From: Bacteroidales bacterium
GTDB lineage: Bacteria; Bacteroidota; Bacteroidia; Bacteroidales; UBA10428
Length of the DNA stretch: 64,000 nucleotides
Assembly (NCBI GenBank): GCA_046481675.1
Contig: JAWOJJ010000130.1
Coordinates: 656-64,655 of the forward strand
Reading direction: 5' to 3'
Position numbers and translations under genes: made by a program. Of this stretch, positions 52,888 through 61,616 are shown in pieces. The stretch's first letter is position 1, and every line of letters starts with the position of its first letter. The notes beneath the pieces were generated by a model. That model was not told the DNA's origin, ran no database searches, and was given only the letters and a program-made list of their open reading frames with translations.

Positions 52888-55086
52888 ATGCCTGCAAAAC
52901 ACCCCGAACATATTCAGAAAACAAGAAACAAGTTTGAGAAGCTCATCCGCCTGATTCGAAAAAGCAAGGAAATCAAAGACTACTCAAAAATCAGGGAAGC
53001 CTATAATGCCATGGTGAATTGCATTGATGGTTTGGATGATGCTGAGGGTCAGCGGCAGGTGATTGCGGCCCTTGATATTTCCGAAATTGCCGTGAGCGAA
53101 ATAGGCTTGGGAATGACTTCTGTGCTCAGCATCTTTCTGTTGCGGGTACTAAAAAAACAGAAAACCAACCTGGCCGAAATTGAGAAAGCTTATGGCAAAC
53201 CGGTGGCCATCATCACTGGCGGACTGAATTCCATACGCACATTCGGGAGTAATGCGTTGGCACCGCAGGCTGAAAATTTTCGCAACCTGCTGCTGAACCT
53301 GGCGGGCGATGTGCGGGTGATCCTTATAAAAATTGCCGGGCATCTTTACGAGATGCGCTCCATGAATAACCTGCCGCAGGAAGAGCAGATCCGCATTGCT
53401 TCAGAAGCTTCATACCTGTATGCACCGCTTGCTCACCGCCTGGGATTTTACATAATCAAATCGGAAATGGAAGACCTGGCACTCAAGGTCTCCGACCGTA
53501 AAACCTACGATTCCATCGCACGTAAGCTGGCCCAAACCATGCGCGATCGCAAACAGTTCATCGGGGAATTCATCAAACCCATTGATGAAGCCCTGAAAAG
53601 CCAGGGATTTACCTTTGAAATCAAAGGGAGACCCAAATCCATTCATTCCATCTGGAATAAAATGATCAATAAGGGGGTTGCTTTTGAGGATATTTACGAT
53701 TTGTTTGCCATCCGGATCATACTGAACAGCGAACTGAAAAACGAAAAGGCCGATTGCTGGCAGGTATACAGCACGGTTACTGATTTGTACCAGCCCAACC
53801 CAAAACGTCTGCGCGACTGGATTTCGGTTCCCAAAACCAACGGGTATGAGTCGCTTCACACCACCGTGGTAGGCTCCGACGGACGCTGGGTTGAAGTTCA
53901 GATCAGAACTGAAAGAATGAACGAAATTGCCGAAAAGGGGTTCGCAGCACATTGGAAATATAAAGGACTCGAAGGCGAGCAGGGCCTGGATGAATGGTTG
54001 AAACGGATCAGGGAAGTGCTGGAAACACCGGAACCCGATGCCGGTGAGTTTCTGGATGATTTCAAGCTGAGCCTGTATTCCAAGGAGATATTTGTGTTCA
54101 CACCCAAAGGCGATTTGAAAAAATTTCCTGCCGGAGCCACGGTACTTGATTTTGCGTATGATATCCATTCCGAAGTGGGTTCCATGTGCACCGGTGCCAA
54201 AGTAAATGCCAAGGTTGTGCCCATCAGGCATGTGATGCAAAACGGCGACCGGGTGGAAGTGCTGACCTCCAAGAACCAGACACCCAAGATGGACTGGCTT
54301 AATTTCGTAATCACCTCCAAGGCCAAAACCAAAATCCGTTTCAAACTCAATGAAGCCCGGGTAAAACAAGCCGAAAACGGTCGCGAAATTCTGATCAGGC
54401 GGCTGAAGAACTGGAAAATACCCTTTTCCGATGAAACCGTACGCAAGCTCCTTAAAGCATACAAATTTAAGACAGCCCAGGACCTCTATTGTCAGATTGC
54501 CAGCGAGGAGATCGATCTGGCGCACATCAAGGAAATACTTCAGGAACCGGTTGAAACCGAAAAGCACCTTGTTGAAACAGAAGCGCCTGTTCAGCAACAA
54601 GCTGTTTCGCTTATCAAATCAGAAGACTTCCTGATCATCGACGACAAACTGGCCAACGTTGATTTCAAACTGGCCAAATGCTGCAATCCCATTTTTGGTG
54701 ATGATATTTTTGGATTTGTTACTGTGGGTGAAGGAATTAAGGTGCACCGGCTGAATTGTCCGAATGCCGCCCAACTGATTTCCAAATACGGTTACAGAGT
54801 GGTTAAAGCGCGTTGGAAATCAGGAGGAAAGGAAGCCTTATTTACAGTTGAGGTTAACATTCAGGGAGAAAACGACCCGAACATTCTCAACAACATTTCC
54901 AATGTGCTCACCAAAGACTTGAAAATCAGCCTGAGGTCAATGAGTTTCGATACGGAATCAGGCATCTTCAGGGGCCGGCTGAAGATAACCATACGGGATA
55001 CTGCCCATCTGGAATCGCTCATGGGAAGACTGGCCTCCATCAAAGGCGTTTTCAAGGTAAGCAGGGTAGAAGGAATAGTTCAGTAA
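52888..55086 (+). CDS. RelA/SpoT homolog (long RSH); synthetase motifs intact, hydrolase HD motif apparently degenerate
   Basis: RPKSIHSIWNKM, DLFAIRIIL, YESLHTTV, EVQIRTERMNEIAEKGFAAHWKYK (synthetase). TGS (VFTPKGD) and ACT-like C-terminus. The N-terminal region lacks the HD..ED signature (see findings). A GTG at 52879 is an alternative start. Confidence 0.9.
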   Translation: MPAKHPEHIQKTRNKFEKLIRLIRKSKEIKDYSKIREAYNAMVNCIDGLDDAEGQRQVIAALDISEIAVSEIGLGMTSVLSIFLLRVLKKQKTNLAEIEKAYGKPVAIITGGLNSIRTFGSNALAPQAENFRNLLLNLAGDVRVILIKIAGHLYEMRSMNNLPQEEQIRIASEASYLYAPLAHRLGFYIIKSEMEDLALKVSDRKTYDSIARKLAQTMRDRKQFIGEFIKPIDEALKSQGFTFEIKGRPKSIHSIWNKMINKGVAFEDIYDLFAIRIILNSELKNEKADCWQVYSTVTDLYQPNPKRLRDWISVPKTNGYESLHTTVVGSDGRWVEVQIRTERMNEIAEKGFAAHWKYKGLEGEQGLDEWLKRIREVLETPEPDAGEFLDDFKLSLYSKEIFVFTPKGDLKKFPAGATVLDFAYDIHSEVGSMCTGAKVNAKVVPIRHVMQNGDRVEVLTSKNQTPKMDWLNFVITSKAKTKIRFKLNEARVKQAENGREILIRRLKNWKIPFSDETVRKLLKAYKFKTAQDLYCQIASEEIDLAHIKEILQEPVETEKHLVETEAPVQQQAVSLIKSEDFLIIDDKLANVDFKLAKCCNPIFGDDIFGFVTVGEGIKVHRLNCPNAAQLISKYGYRVVKARWKSGGKEALFTVEVNIQGENDPNILNNISNVLTKDLKISLRSMSFDTESGIFRGRLKITIRDTAHLESLMGRLASIKGVFKVSRVEGIVQ

Positions 55087-55139
55087 GAAAAACTTACTAT
55101 TTTTGCCTAAATTTCATTATTCATTAACCAATAATTATC

Positions 55140-55886
55140 ATGAAATTACTCGAAGGAAAAACTGCTATTGTTACTGGTGCTGCCAGGGGTATAGGAAAAG
55201 CAATTGCCATTGCCTTTGCTAAAGAAGGTGCCAATGTGGCCATCACCGACTTGCGGATTGATGACAATGCAATTGCCACGGAAAAGGAAGTTAATGCCCT
55301 GGGCGTTAAATGCAAAGTTTATGCATCAGATGCCAGCAATTTTGCTGATACCGATAATGTGGTGAAAAATATCGTAAACGATTTCGGTACGGTGGATATT
55401 CTTGTAAACAATGCAGGTATAACCATGGATGCGTTGCTGATGAGAATGAATGAACAGCAATGGGATACCGTTATTAATGTGAACCTGAAATCGGTTTTCA
55501 ACTTTACCAAAGCAGTTCAGATGATCATGATCAAAAAGCAAAGCGGATCAATCGTCAATATGAGCTCAGTTGTAGGTGTTGGCGGAAACGCCGGTCAAAC
55601 CAATTATTCTGCGTCAAAAGCAGGCATGATTGGTTTCACCAAATCCATTGCCCAGGAACTAGGTTCACGCAACGTTCGTTGCAATGCCATTGCCCCCGGA
55701 TTCATCATCACCGAGATGACGCATAAACTATCTGAAGATGTCAGAAAAAAGTGGGAGGAAAAAATCCCGCTTAAACGCGGTGGTACTCCCGAAGAAGTAG
55801 CCAAGGTGGCCCTGTTCCTGGCATCTGATCTTTCATCCTATGTAAATGGCCAGGTTATTGGGGTTTGTGGTGGTATGAGAACTTAA
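55140..55886 (+). CDS. fabG: 3-oxoacyl-[acyl-carrier-protein] reductase
   Basis: VTGAARGIGKAIA, NNAGIT, SSVVG..GN.GQTNYSASKAG, GGMRT C-terminus, the classic FabG pattern. Confidence 0.92.
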   Translation: MKLLEGKTAIVTGAARGIGKAIAIAFAKEGANVAITDLRIDDNAIATEKEVNALGVKCKVYASDASNFADTDNVVKNIVNDFGTVDILVNNAGITMDALLMRMNEQQWDTVINVNLKSVFNFTKAVQMIMIKKQSGSIVNMSSVVGVGGNAGQTNYSASKAGMIGFTKSIAQELGSRNVRCNAIAPGFIITEMTHKLSEDVRKKWEEKIPLKRGGTPEEVAKVALFLASDLSSYVNGQVIGVCGGMRT

Positions 55887-55890
55887 AGCC

Positions 55891-56871
55891 ATGTTTCGTT
55901 TTCCGGCCTTACCCCTGATATTGTTTTTTCTTGTTGCGCTGATGTGGTCGTGTTTGCCATACAGCGCAACAATAAGTGTGCTGGAACCGGCACAGCATAC
56001 CCTGCCTCAGGCCGTGCAGCGCATTTCAATTTTGCCTGTTCCGGGTTATTTTTCAAGGCCGGGCGTTTTCGACAGCCTCTCACATGTAATCCTGGATCCC
56101 AAAACGGATATAAAAGAAATCAAAATGGGATACCTGCACGGCATGTATGACATCATATCTCAGTCACCCCGGTTTGATAAAGTTGTTTTTGCAGATACTT
56201 CCTATTATAAAAACCGGTTGATGTGGGAGGATGTGGATGAAATTTGCCGGCATGATACAACTGATGCCTTACTCATTTTGAGCAAGGCAGTATCTTATGA
56301 TGCTATAAATAAATATTATTTCTTCGACAATAATGAATCATATTCACACAGCCAGTACAAGATATTAACTAATTCCAAATGGGTACTTTATATGCCCAAA
56401 CGGGAATCAGTTGTTGGTGTCTATGAATTTTCTGACACGTTGAAAGTGGAAGGTTTTTTTGGTCCGTCTAATTTGGAAAGCGTGCTTTATGACGCCTGTT
56501 ATATGAGCGGACAAAGTTCGGCACGAAAACTAAGTCCATATTGGAAAGATGTGCAGCGTTACTTTTACCCGGGTCCGGGAAGCGGCATGAGGAAAGCCGC
56601 CAGGCTGGTTATGAAAGACCAATGGGGAGAGGCGGCCTCTATTTGGAACAGTCTTTCCGAGGGAGATAACAAAACAATTGCCGGCAGGGCATCTTTCAAC
56701 ATTGCATTGGCTTATGAGCGTGACGACATGCTTGACCAGGCCACACTTTGGGCAGCTTATGCCGACAGCCTGGCAAATGATAACAATATGGATATATACA
56801 GAAAGCTGCTGATGATCCGTATGAACATAAGAGACAGGCTCAAAGAGCAAATGAACGGAACTGAAAAATAA
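55891..56871 (+). CDS. Hypothetical lipoprotein/secreted protein with C-terminal TPR-like segment
   Basis: N-terminal MFRFPALPLILFFLVALMWSC. The C-terminal W.EAA..W......N...A..A.FN.ALAYE pattern suggests a TPR-like hairpin. No enzyme motif. Confidence 0.5.
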   Translation: MFRFPALPLILFFLVALMWSCLPYSATISVLEPAQHTLPQAVQRISILPVPGYFSRPGVFDSLSHVILDPKTDIKEIKMGYLHGMYDIISQSPRFDKVVFADTSYYKNRLMWEDVDEICRHDTTDALLILSKAVSYDAINKYYFFDNNESYSHSQYKILTNSKWVLYMPKRESVVGVYEFSDTLKVEGFFGPSNLESVLYDACYMSGQSSARKLSPYWKDVQRYFYPGPGSGMRKAARLVMKDQWGEAASIWNSLSEGDNKTIAGRASFNIALAYERDDMLDQATLWAAYADSLANDNNMDIYRKLLMIRMNIRDRLKEQMNGTEK

Positions 56872-56886
56872 AAGGAACAGGCTGCA

Positions 56887-58113
56887 ATGAATACGGTATT
56901 TTATATCATTATTGCCATCATAACAGTTGATTTTGCACTGGAACGGTATCTTGATTTTTTGAACCGGAAAAGTCTGAACCCGGAGCTGCCGGATGAACTG
57001 AAAGATGTATTTGATGCGGATCAGTATCGCAAACAACAGGAATACAAGCGGGTGAATGACCGTTTTTCATCCATTACCAGTACTTTTAATTTTGTTGTTA
57101 TCCTGCTCATGCTTTCCTTGGGCGGATTTGCACTGGTTGACGTGTGGGCAAGGGACATCACCGCACATCCTGTGTTGCTGGTGCTCGTGTTTTTCGGAAT
57201 TCTGGCCTTAGCAATGGACCTCATTGGCACGCCCTTTTCGGTATATGACACCTTTGTTATTGAAGAGAAATTTGGATTCAACCGCACCACACCGCGTACC
57301 TTTATTATCGATAAAATCAAAGGTTTGTTGCTGGGTGCCGTTATCGGGGGAGGGCTGCTGGCCCTGGTTGTGTGGTTTTACCAGAAAACAGGTTCCCTGT
57401 TCTGGCTTTATGCCTGGGCGCTTGCGGTATTTTTTACTGTGATCATGTCCATGTTCTATTCCTCAATCATTGTACCCCTCTTCAACAAACAAACCCCTTT
57501 GGCCGAAGGTGAACTTCGTGATGCCATCAAGGCCTTCAGCGACAGGGTAGGATTTAAGCTTGTGAACATTTTTGTAATCGACGGCTCCAAGCGATCGGCC
57601 AAAGCCAATGCGTATTTTACCGGACTTGGTCCGAAAAAGCGCGTGGTACTTTATGACACGCTTATTAACGATCTCTCTACCGATGAGATTGTAGCTGTTC
57701 TGGCTCATGAAATTGGGCATTACAAAAAAAAGCACATGCTCTATGGCCTGGCAGCAGGTATTGTGCAAACCGGGATCACACTTTTCATACTTTCATTGCT
57801 GATCAGTAACCCGGCATTGTCGGTAGCATTGGGTGGCAGCGGTCCGAGCTTTCACCTGGGACTCATCGCATTTGGCATTTTATACAGTCCGGTTTCCCTG
57901 CTTACCGGTTTGCTGATGAACCAGGTCTCACGTCGGAATGAATATGCCGCTGACCGTTTTGTAAAGGAGAATAGCAATCCCGCTGCACTGGTCAGTGCGT
58001 TGAAAAAGCTGTCGGCCAACAACCTGAGCAATCTTACGCCGCATCCGGTTTATGTTTTCTTTCATTATTCACATCCCACCTTGTTGCAGCGAATCAGGGC
58101 TCTGATGAAATAA
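56887..58113 (+). CDS. M48-family zinc metalloprotease (Ste24/CAAX prenyl protease-like)
   Basis: Multi-TM N-terminal half, HEIGHYKKKH (HExxH), and downstream NEYAADRF and HP.L..R motifs. Confidence 0.9.
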   Translation: MNTVFYIIIAIITVDFALERYLDFLNRKSLNPELPDELKDVFDADQYRKQQEYKRVNDRFSSITSTFNFVVILLMLSLGGFALVDVWARDITAHPVLLVLVFFGILALAMDLIGTPFSVYDTFVIEEKFGFNRTTPRTFIIDKIKGLLLGAVIGGGLLALVVWFYQKTGSLFWLYAWALAVFFTVIMSMFYSSIIVPLFNKQTPLAEGELRDAIKAFSDRVGFKLVNIFVIDGSKRSAKANAYFTGLGPKKRVVLYDTLINDLSTDEIVAVLAHEIGHYKKKHMLYGLAAGIVQTGITLFILSLLISNPALSVALGGSGPSFHLGLIAFGILYSPVSLLTGLLMNQVSRRNEYAADRFVKENSNPAALVSALKKLSANNLSNLTPHPVYVFFHYSHPTLLQRIRALMK

Positions 58114-58164
58114 GCACCTGCCAACTGCAGGAGGCATCAACCGGTATCTTTTTGTGATCATTTC

Positions 58165-58195
58165 TTTGCTTCGTGCTTAATTATTTATATTTTTG
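58165..58195 (+). promoter_or_regulatory. Candidate Bacteroidota promoter for the tRNA-Thr/tRNA-Gly pair
   Basis: TTTG (58165-58168) and TATTTTTG (58188-58195, TAnnTTTG) separated by 19 nt. The -7 box ends 22 nt before the tRNA-Thr 5' end. Confidence 0.4.
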
Positions 58196-58217
58196 TCACC
58201 CCCGAAAATCATTTCAG

Positions 58218-58289
58218 GCCTCTTTAGCTCAGCGGTAGAGCAGCGGTTTCGTAAACCGCAGGTCGGGGGTTCAAATCCCCTGAGAGGCT
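58218..58289 (+). tRNA. tRNA-Thr (anticodon CGT)
   Basis: GCCTCTT-TA-GCTC-AGCGGTA-GAGC-A-GCGGT-TTCGTAA-ACCGC-AGGTC-GGGGG-TTCAAAT-CCCCT-GAGAGGC-T. Confidence 0.9.
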
Positions 58290-58302
58290 CAAATTGAATA
58301 TT

Positions 58303-58375
58303 GCGGCAGTAGCTCAGTTGGTAGAGCGTGAGCTTCCCAAGCTCAAGGTCGTGGGTTCGAGACCCATTTGCCGCT
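58303..58375 (+). tRNA. tRNA-Gly (anticodon CCC)
   Basis: GCGGCAG-TA-GCTC-AGTTGGTA-GAGC-G-TGAGC-TTCCCAA-GCTCA-AGGTC-GTGGG-TTCGAGA-CCCAT-TTGCCGC-T. Confidence 0.9.
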
Positions 58376-58443
58376 CAGTTGGTAGCCCCGCCGGTGGCGG
58401 GGTCCCAAGCTCAAGGTCGTGGGTTCGAGACCCATTTGCCGCT
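58376..58443 (+). pseudogene. Partial tandem copy of tRNA-Gly(CCC) (D-loop fragment + 3' two-thirds), not a functional tRNA
   Basis: CAGTTGGTAG + CCCCGCCGGTGGCGGGG + TCCCAAGCTCAAGGTCGTGGGTTCGAGACCCATTTGCCGCT. The last 41 nt are identical to 58335-58375. It lacks the 5' acceptor strand and the anticodon-stem 5' strand. Confidence 0.8.
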
Positions 58444-58446
58444 CTG

Positions 58447-58474
58447 GTAGAGACGCATAATCATGCGTCTCTAC
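58447..58474 (+). other. Perfect 12-bp hairpin closing the tRNA cluster (possible terminator/processing signal)
   Basis: GTAGAGACGCAT-AATC-ATGCGTCTCTAC. The 5' arm starts with the D-arm-like TGGTAGAG. It is followed by ATTTGTAT, a weak U tract. Confidence 0.55.
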
Positions 58475-58491
58475 ATTTGTATACCAATAAT

Positions 58492-59739
58492 ATGAATGCA
58501 GAAATTATAACCATCGGAGATGAATTGCTTATCGGGCAGGTTGTTGACACTAATTCTGCCTGGCTGGCCACGCAGCTGAACAAGCTGGGCTTCCACGTTG
58601 TTCAGATCACATCGGTACCCGATAAAAAAGAGCGCATTGTAAAGGCATTGAACGATGCTGCGGAATGGGCAGCATTGATTATTATTACCGGAGGCCTAGG
58701 CCCTACCAATGATGACATCACCAAACACACGCTGGCGGAATATTTTGGTGCAAAGCTGATCAGAAATCAACCGGTGTTGCAGCATATTGAAACCCTGCTT
58801 AAAACAAGAGGTGTTGCCATAAACAACCGCAACATCAGCCAGGCCGACTTGCCCGACAATTGCCAGGTGCTTCACAACAGTGCCGGAACAGCCCCGGGAA
58901 TGTGGTTCAGTAAGAATCAGAAAGAATTCATTTCGCTACCCGGTGTGCCTTATGAAATGAAGGCCGTATATAAGGAATCCATGGAGCAGAAGCTGAAACA
59001 ATGGTTTATACTTCCTGCCATCTTGCACAAAACCATACTCACCTGCGGTATTCCCGAATCGCAAATGGCCGTGATGATCAGCGATTGGGAGAATGCCTTA
59101 CCCGCCAACCTGAAATTGGCCTATTTGCCTTCACCGGGAATTCTGCGTTTGAGAATCACCGGAACCACAACAGGTGATGAGATGGAGCTGAAAACTACAA
59201 TAGAAAATGAAACAGCCAAACTGGAACAAATAATTGGTGAACATGTTTTCGGATATGATGAGGATAAGCTTGAAGTGATTGTAGGTAATTTATTAAAGAA
59301 TAATAATTTATCCTTGTCAACTGCTGAAAGCTGCACGGGGGGTCTCATCAGTTTTCTGATCACTTCCATACCCGGTTCCTCAGCTTATTACCAGGGCAGT
59401 GTGGTGGCCTATTCGAATGATGTGAAAACAAGTCAGCTGAATGTGAGCCCGTATTCATTGATTATGAACGGTGCTGTCAGCCAGCCCGTTGTGGAACAAA
59501 TGGCAGACGGGGCCCGGAATAAATTCAACACCGATTTTGCGGTTGCCGTAAGCGGTATTGCCGGTCCGGCCGGAGCTACAGAAGAAAAACCGGTGGGCAC
59601 CACTTGGATTGCTGTGGCTTCAAAGAAAAGAATTGTTTCGCATCTTCATAACTTGGGTGAAGATCGTGGCCGGAATATGCAAAAAGCAGCCATTTCGGCA
59701 CTTTTCATGCTGCGAAAGGAGATAATGAATTGTTTATAA
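58492..59739 (+). CDS. cinA: CinA-family protein (MoCF-binding domain + nicotinamide-nucleotide amidohydrolase PncC domain)
   Basis: MNAEIITIGDELLIGQVVDTNSAWL N-terminus, GGLGPTNDD, and C-terminal ESCTGGL...GIAGP motifs. The track ORF (from 58294) reads through the tRNA genes and is rejected. Confidence 0.9.
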   Translation: MNAEIITIGDELLIGQVVDTNSAWLATQLNKLGFHVVQITSVPDKKERIVKALNDAAEWAALIIITGGLGPTNDDITKHTLAEYFGAKLIRNQPVLQHIETLLKTRGVAINNRNISQADLPDNCQVLHNSAGTAPGMWFSKNQKEFISLPGVPYEMKAVYKESMEQKLKQWFILPAILHKTILTCGIPESQMAVMISDWENALPANLKLAYLPSPGILRLRITGTTTGDEMELKTTIENETAKLEQIIGEHVFGYDEDKLEVIVGNLLKNNNLSLSTAESCTGGLISFLITSIPGSSAYYQGSVVAYSNDVKTSQLNVSPYSLIMNGAVSQPVVEQMADGARNKFNTDFAVAVSGIAGPAGATEEKPVGTTWIAVASKKRIVSHLHNLGEDRGRNMQKAAISALFMLRKEIMNCL

Positions 59740-59826
59740 ATATTTTTAATTGGATACTTGAATATTTAAAAAAATTTAACGTTCTTTGCAGCCTGTTTTT
59801 AGAAAGCGTATAAACTGATTATAGAA

Positions 59827-60069
59827 ATGTCAAGAATTTGTCAGATTACGGGAAAAACTGCGATGGTGGGCAATAATGTTTCACATTCCAAACGCAGAAC
59901 CAAAAGAACCTTTGATGTCAACCTGTTTGACAAGAAACTTTTCCTTCAGGAAGAGAACCGCTGGGTCAATTTAAGAGTTTCGGCCGCAGGCATCAGATTC
60001 ATCAACAAGGTTGGCTTGAAAAAGGCACTGGAAGAGGCCAGAGCCAAAGGTTTTATTAAAAGTAAATAA
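59827..60069 (+). CDS. rpmB: 50S ribosomal protein L28
   Basis: [29 protein letters not shown], the canonical L28 N-terminus. Confidence 0.95.
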   Translation: MSRICQITGKTAMVGNNVSHSKRRTKRTFDVNLFDKKLFLQEENRWVNLRVSAAGIRFINKVGLKKALEEARAKGFIKSK

Positions 60070-60087
60070 CACTAAGCACATCAGGAT

Positions 60088-60270
60088 ATGGCAAAGAAAG
60101 GTAACAGAATACAGGTGATTCTTGAGTGCACCGAACACAAGAATAGTGGTGTGCCGGGCATGTCGAGGTACATTACCACCAAGAACAGGAAGAATACTCC
60201 TGACCGGATTGAGCTGAAGAAGTACAATCCGACACTCAAAAAAGTAACTGTTCACAAAGAAATCAAGTAG
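60088..60270 (+). CDS. rpmG: 50S ribosomal protein L33
   Basis: [18 protein letters not shown]...[21 protein letters not shown], canonical L33. Confidence 0.95.
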   Translation: MAKKGNRIQVILECTEHKNSGVPGMSRYITTKNRKNTPDRIELKKYNPTLKKVTVHKEIK

Positions 60271-60276
60271 TAAGTC

Positions 60277-60432
60277 ATGGCAAAAAAAGTAATCGCAACA
60301 TTAAAGACCGGAGCAGGTAAAACTTTTACCAAATGCATAAAAATGGTGAAATCACCTAAAACCGGTTCGTACCAGTTCAAGGAAGAAATGGTGCACGTAG
60401 ACCACATCAAGGACTATTTTGTTCAAAAATAA
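60277..60432 (+). CDS. DUF4295 small protein (51 aa)
   Basis: Own translation: MAKKVIATLKTGAGKTFTKCIKMVKSPKTGSYQFKEEMVHVDHIKDYFVQK, stop at 60430-60432. Below the ORF-track size cut-off. The position after rpmG and the sequence match the Bacteroidota DUF4295 family. Confidence 0.8.
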   Translation: MAKKVIATLKTGAGKTFTKCIKMVKSPKTGSYQFKEEMVHVDHIKDYFVQK

Positions 60433-60456
60433 GATATCTGGATTTATGGATAAATT

Positions 60457-60488
60457 GGCTTTCTTTGCATAAGAAAGCCTTTTTTTTT
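60457..60488 (+). terminator. Intrinsic terminator of the rpmB-rpmG-DUF4295 unit
   Basis: GGCTTTCTT-TGCAT-AAGAAAGCC followed by nine T. Confidence 0.85.
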
Positions 60489-60515
60489 AGGCATAACTCA
60501 AAGTAACCGATCCCC

Positions 60516-61478
60516 ATGGCATTTTTTGGCATATTCAACAAGGCAGACAAAGACGACCTGAACCAGGGTCTCGAAAAGACCAAGGAAAGTGTACTCAAAA
60601 GGCTTTCGCGGGCTGTACTGGGTAAATCTACTGTGGATGATGAGGTACTCGATAACCTGGAGGAGGCATTGATTTCGTCTGATGTGGGCGTCAATACTAC
60701 GCTGCGAATTATCGATCGCATCCAGAAACGGGTGAACCGCGAAAGGTTTATGAACACAGGCGAGCTCAACCTGATCCTCAGGGAAGAGATCTGTGCACTT
60801 CTTGAAGAAAATAAGGCCGGACAGGCTGCTGACTTTTCCGCCGCCATCGAACAAAAACCCTATGTTGTTATGGTGGTTGGTGTGAACGGGGTGGGTAAAA
60901 CCACCACCATCGGCAAGCTTGCCTGGCAGTATAAGAAAGCCGGAAAGAAAGTTCTGCTTGGTGCAGCAGACACCTTCAGGGCAGCGGCGGTTGATCAGCT
61001 TTCCATATGGGCCGAACGCGTGGGTGTTCCCATTGTGAAACAGCAAATGGGCAGCGATCCTGCTTCTGTAGCATACGATACGGTGAGTTCAGCCATAACA
61101 AATGATACTGATGTAGTAATTATTGATACAGCCGGCAGGTTGCACAATAAAGTCAACCTGATGAACGAGCTTACCAAGATCAGAAGGGTGGTCCAAAAGG
61201 TCATCCCCGATGCACCTCATGAAGTACTCCTGGTACTCGACGGATCAACCGGGCAAAATGCCTTTGAACAGGCAAAACAATTTACAGAAGCAACCCAGGT
61301 GAACGCCCTGGCAATTACCAAGCTCGATGGTACTGCCAAAGGCGGAGTGGTCATCGGCATATCCGACCAGTTCAAAATTCCGGTCAGGTACATCGGTATT
61401 GGTGAAAAAATGGAAGACCTGCATCTGTTCGATAAAAGTGCTTTTGTTGAGGCCTTGTTTTCGGGAACTGAAAACTGA
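60516..61478 (+). CDS. ftsY: Signal recognition particle receptor FtsY
   Basis: NG domain: GVNGVGKTTTIGKLA, DTAGRLHN, TKLDGTAKGG. 320 aa. Confidence 0.95.
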   Translation: MAFFGIFNKADKDDLNQGLEKTKESVLKRLSRAVLGKSTVDDEVLDNLEEALISSDVGVNTTLRIIDRIQKRVNRERFMNTGELNLILREEICALLEENKAGQAADFSAAIEQKPYVVMVVGVNGVGKTTTIGKLAWQYKKAGKKVLLGAADTFRAAAVDQLSIWAERVGVPIVKQQMGSDPASVAYDTVSSAITNDTDVVIIDTAGRLHNKVNLMNELTKIRRVVQKVIPDAPHEVLLVLDGSTGQNAFEQAKQFTEATQVNALAITKLDGTAKGGVVIGISDQFKIPVRYIGIGEKMEDLHLFDKSAFVEALFSGTEN

Positions 61479-61616
61479 CCTGATCCGCAACTCAAAACAA
61501 TAGCAGGCAACCCCCGGCAACCTGCGTTAATTTCATTTTTTTTTACTGATCCTGTCTTTATAAATTTCAAGAAAGAATATATTTGATGCGGACAAAGTAA
61601 CCCTAACGCAAAAAGT

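Noticed and set aside
53410-54600. 396-aa minus-strand ORF antisense to the RelA/SpoT gene (also 53898-54464)
   Set aside because: It lies entirely inside a gene with unambiguous RSH motifs on the other strand. Its translation is low-complexity (F/G/L/I-rich) with no motif, typical of a shadow ORF.
58294-58491. N-terminal extension of the cinA ORF in the track (start 58294)
   Set aside because: The extension reads through tRNA-Gly and its partial copy. The canonical CinA N-terminus MNAEIITIGDELL begins at 58492.
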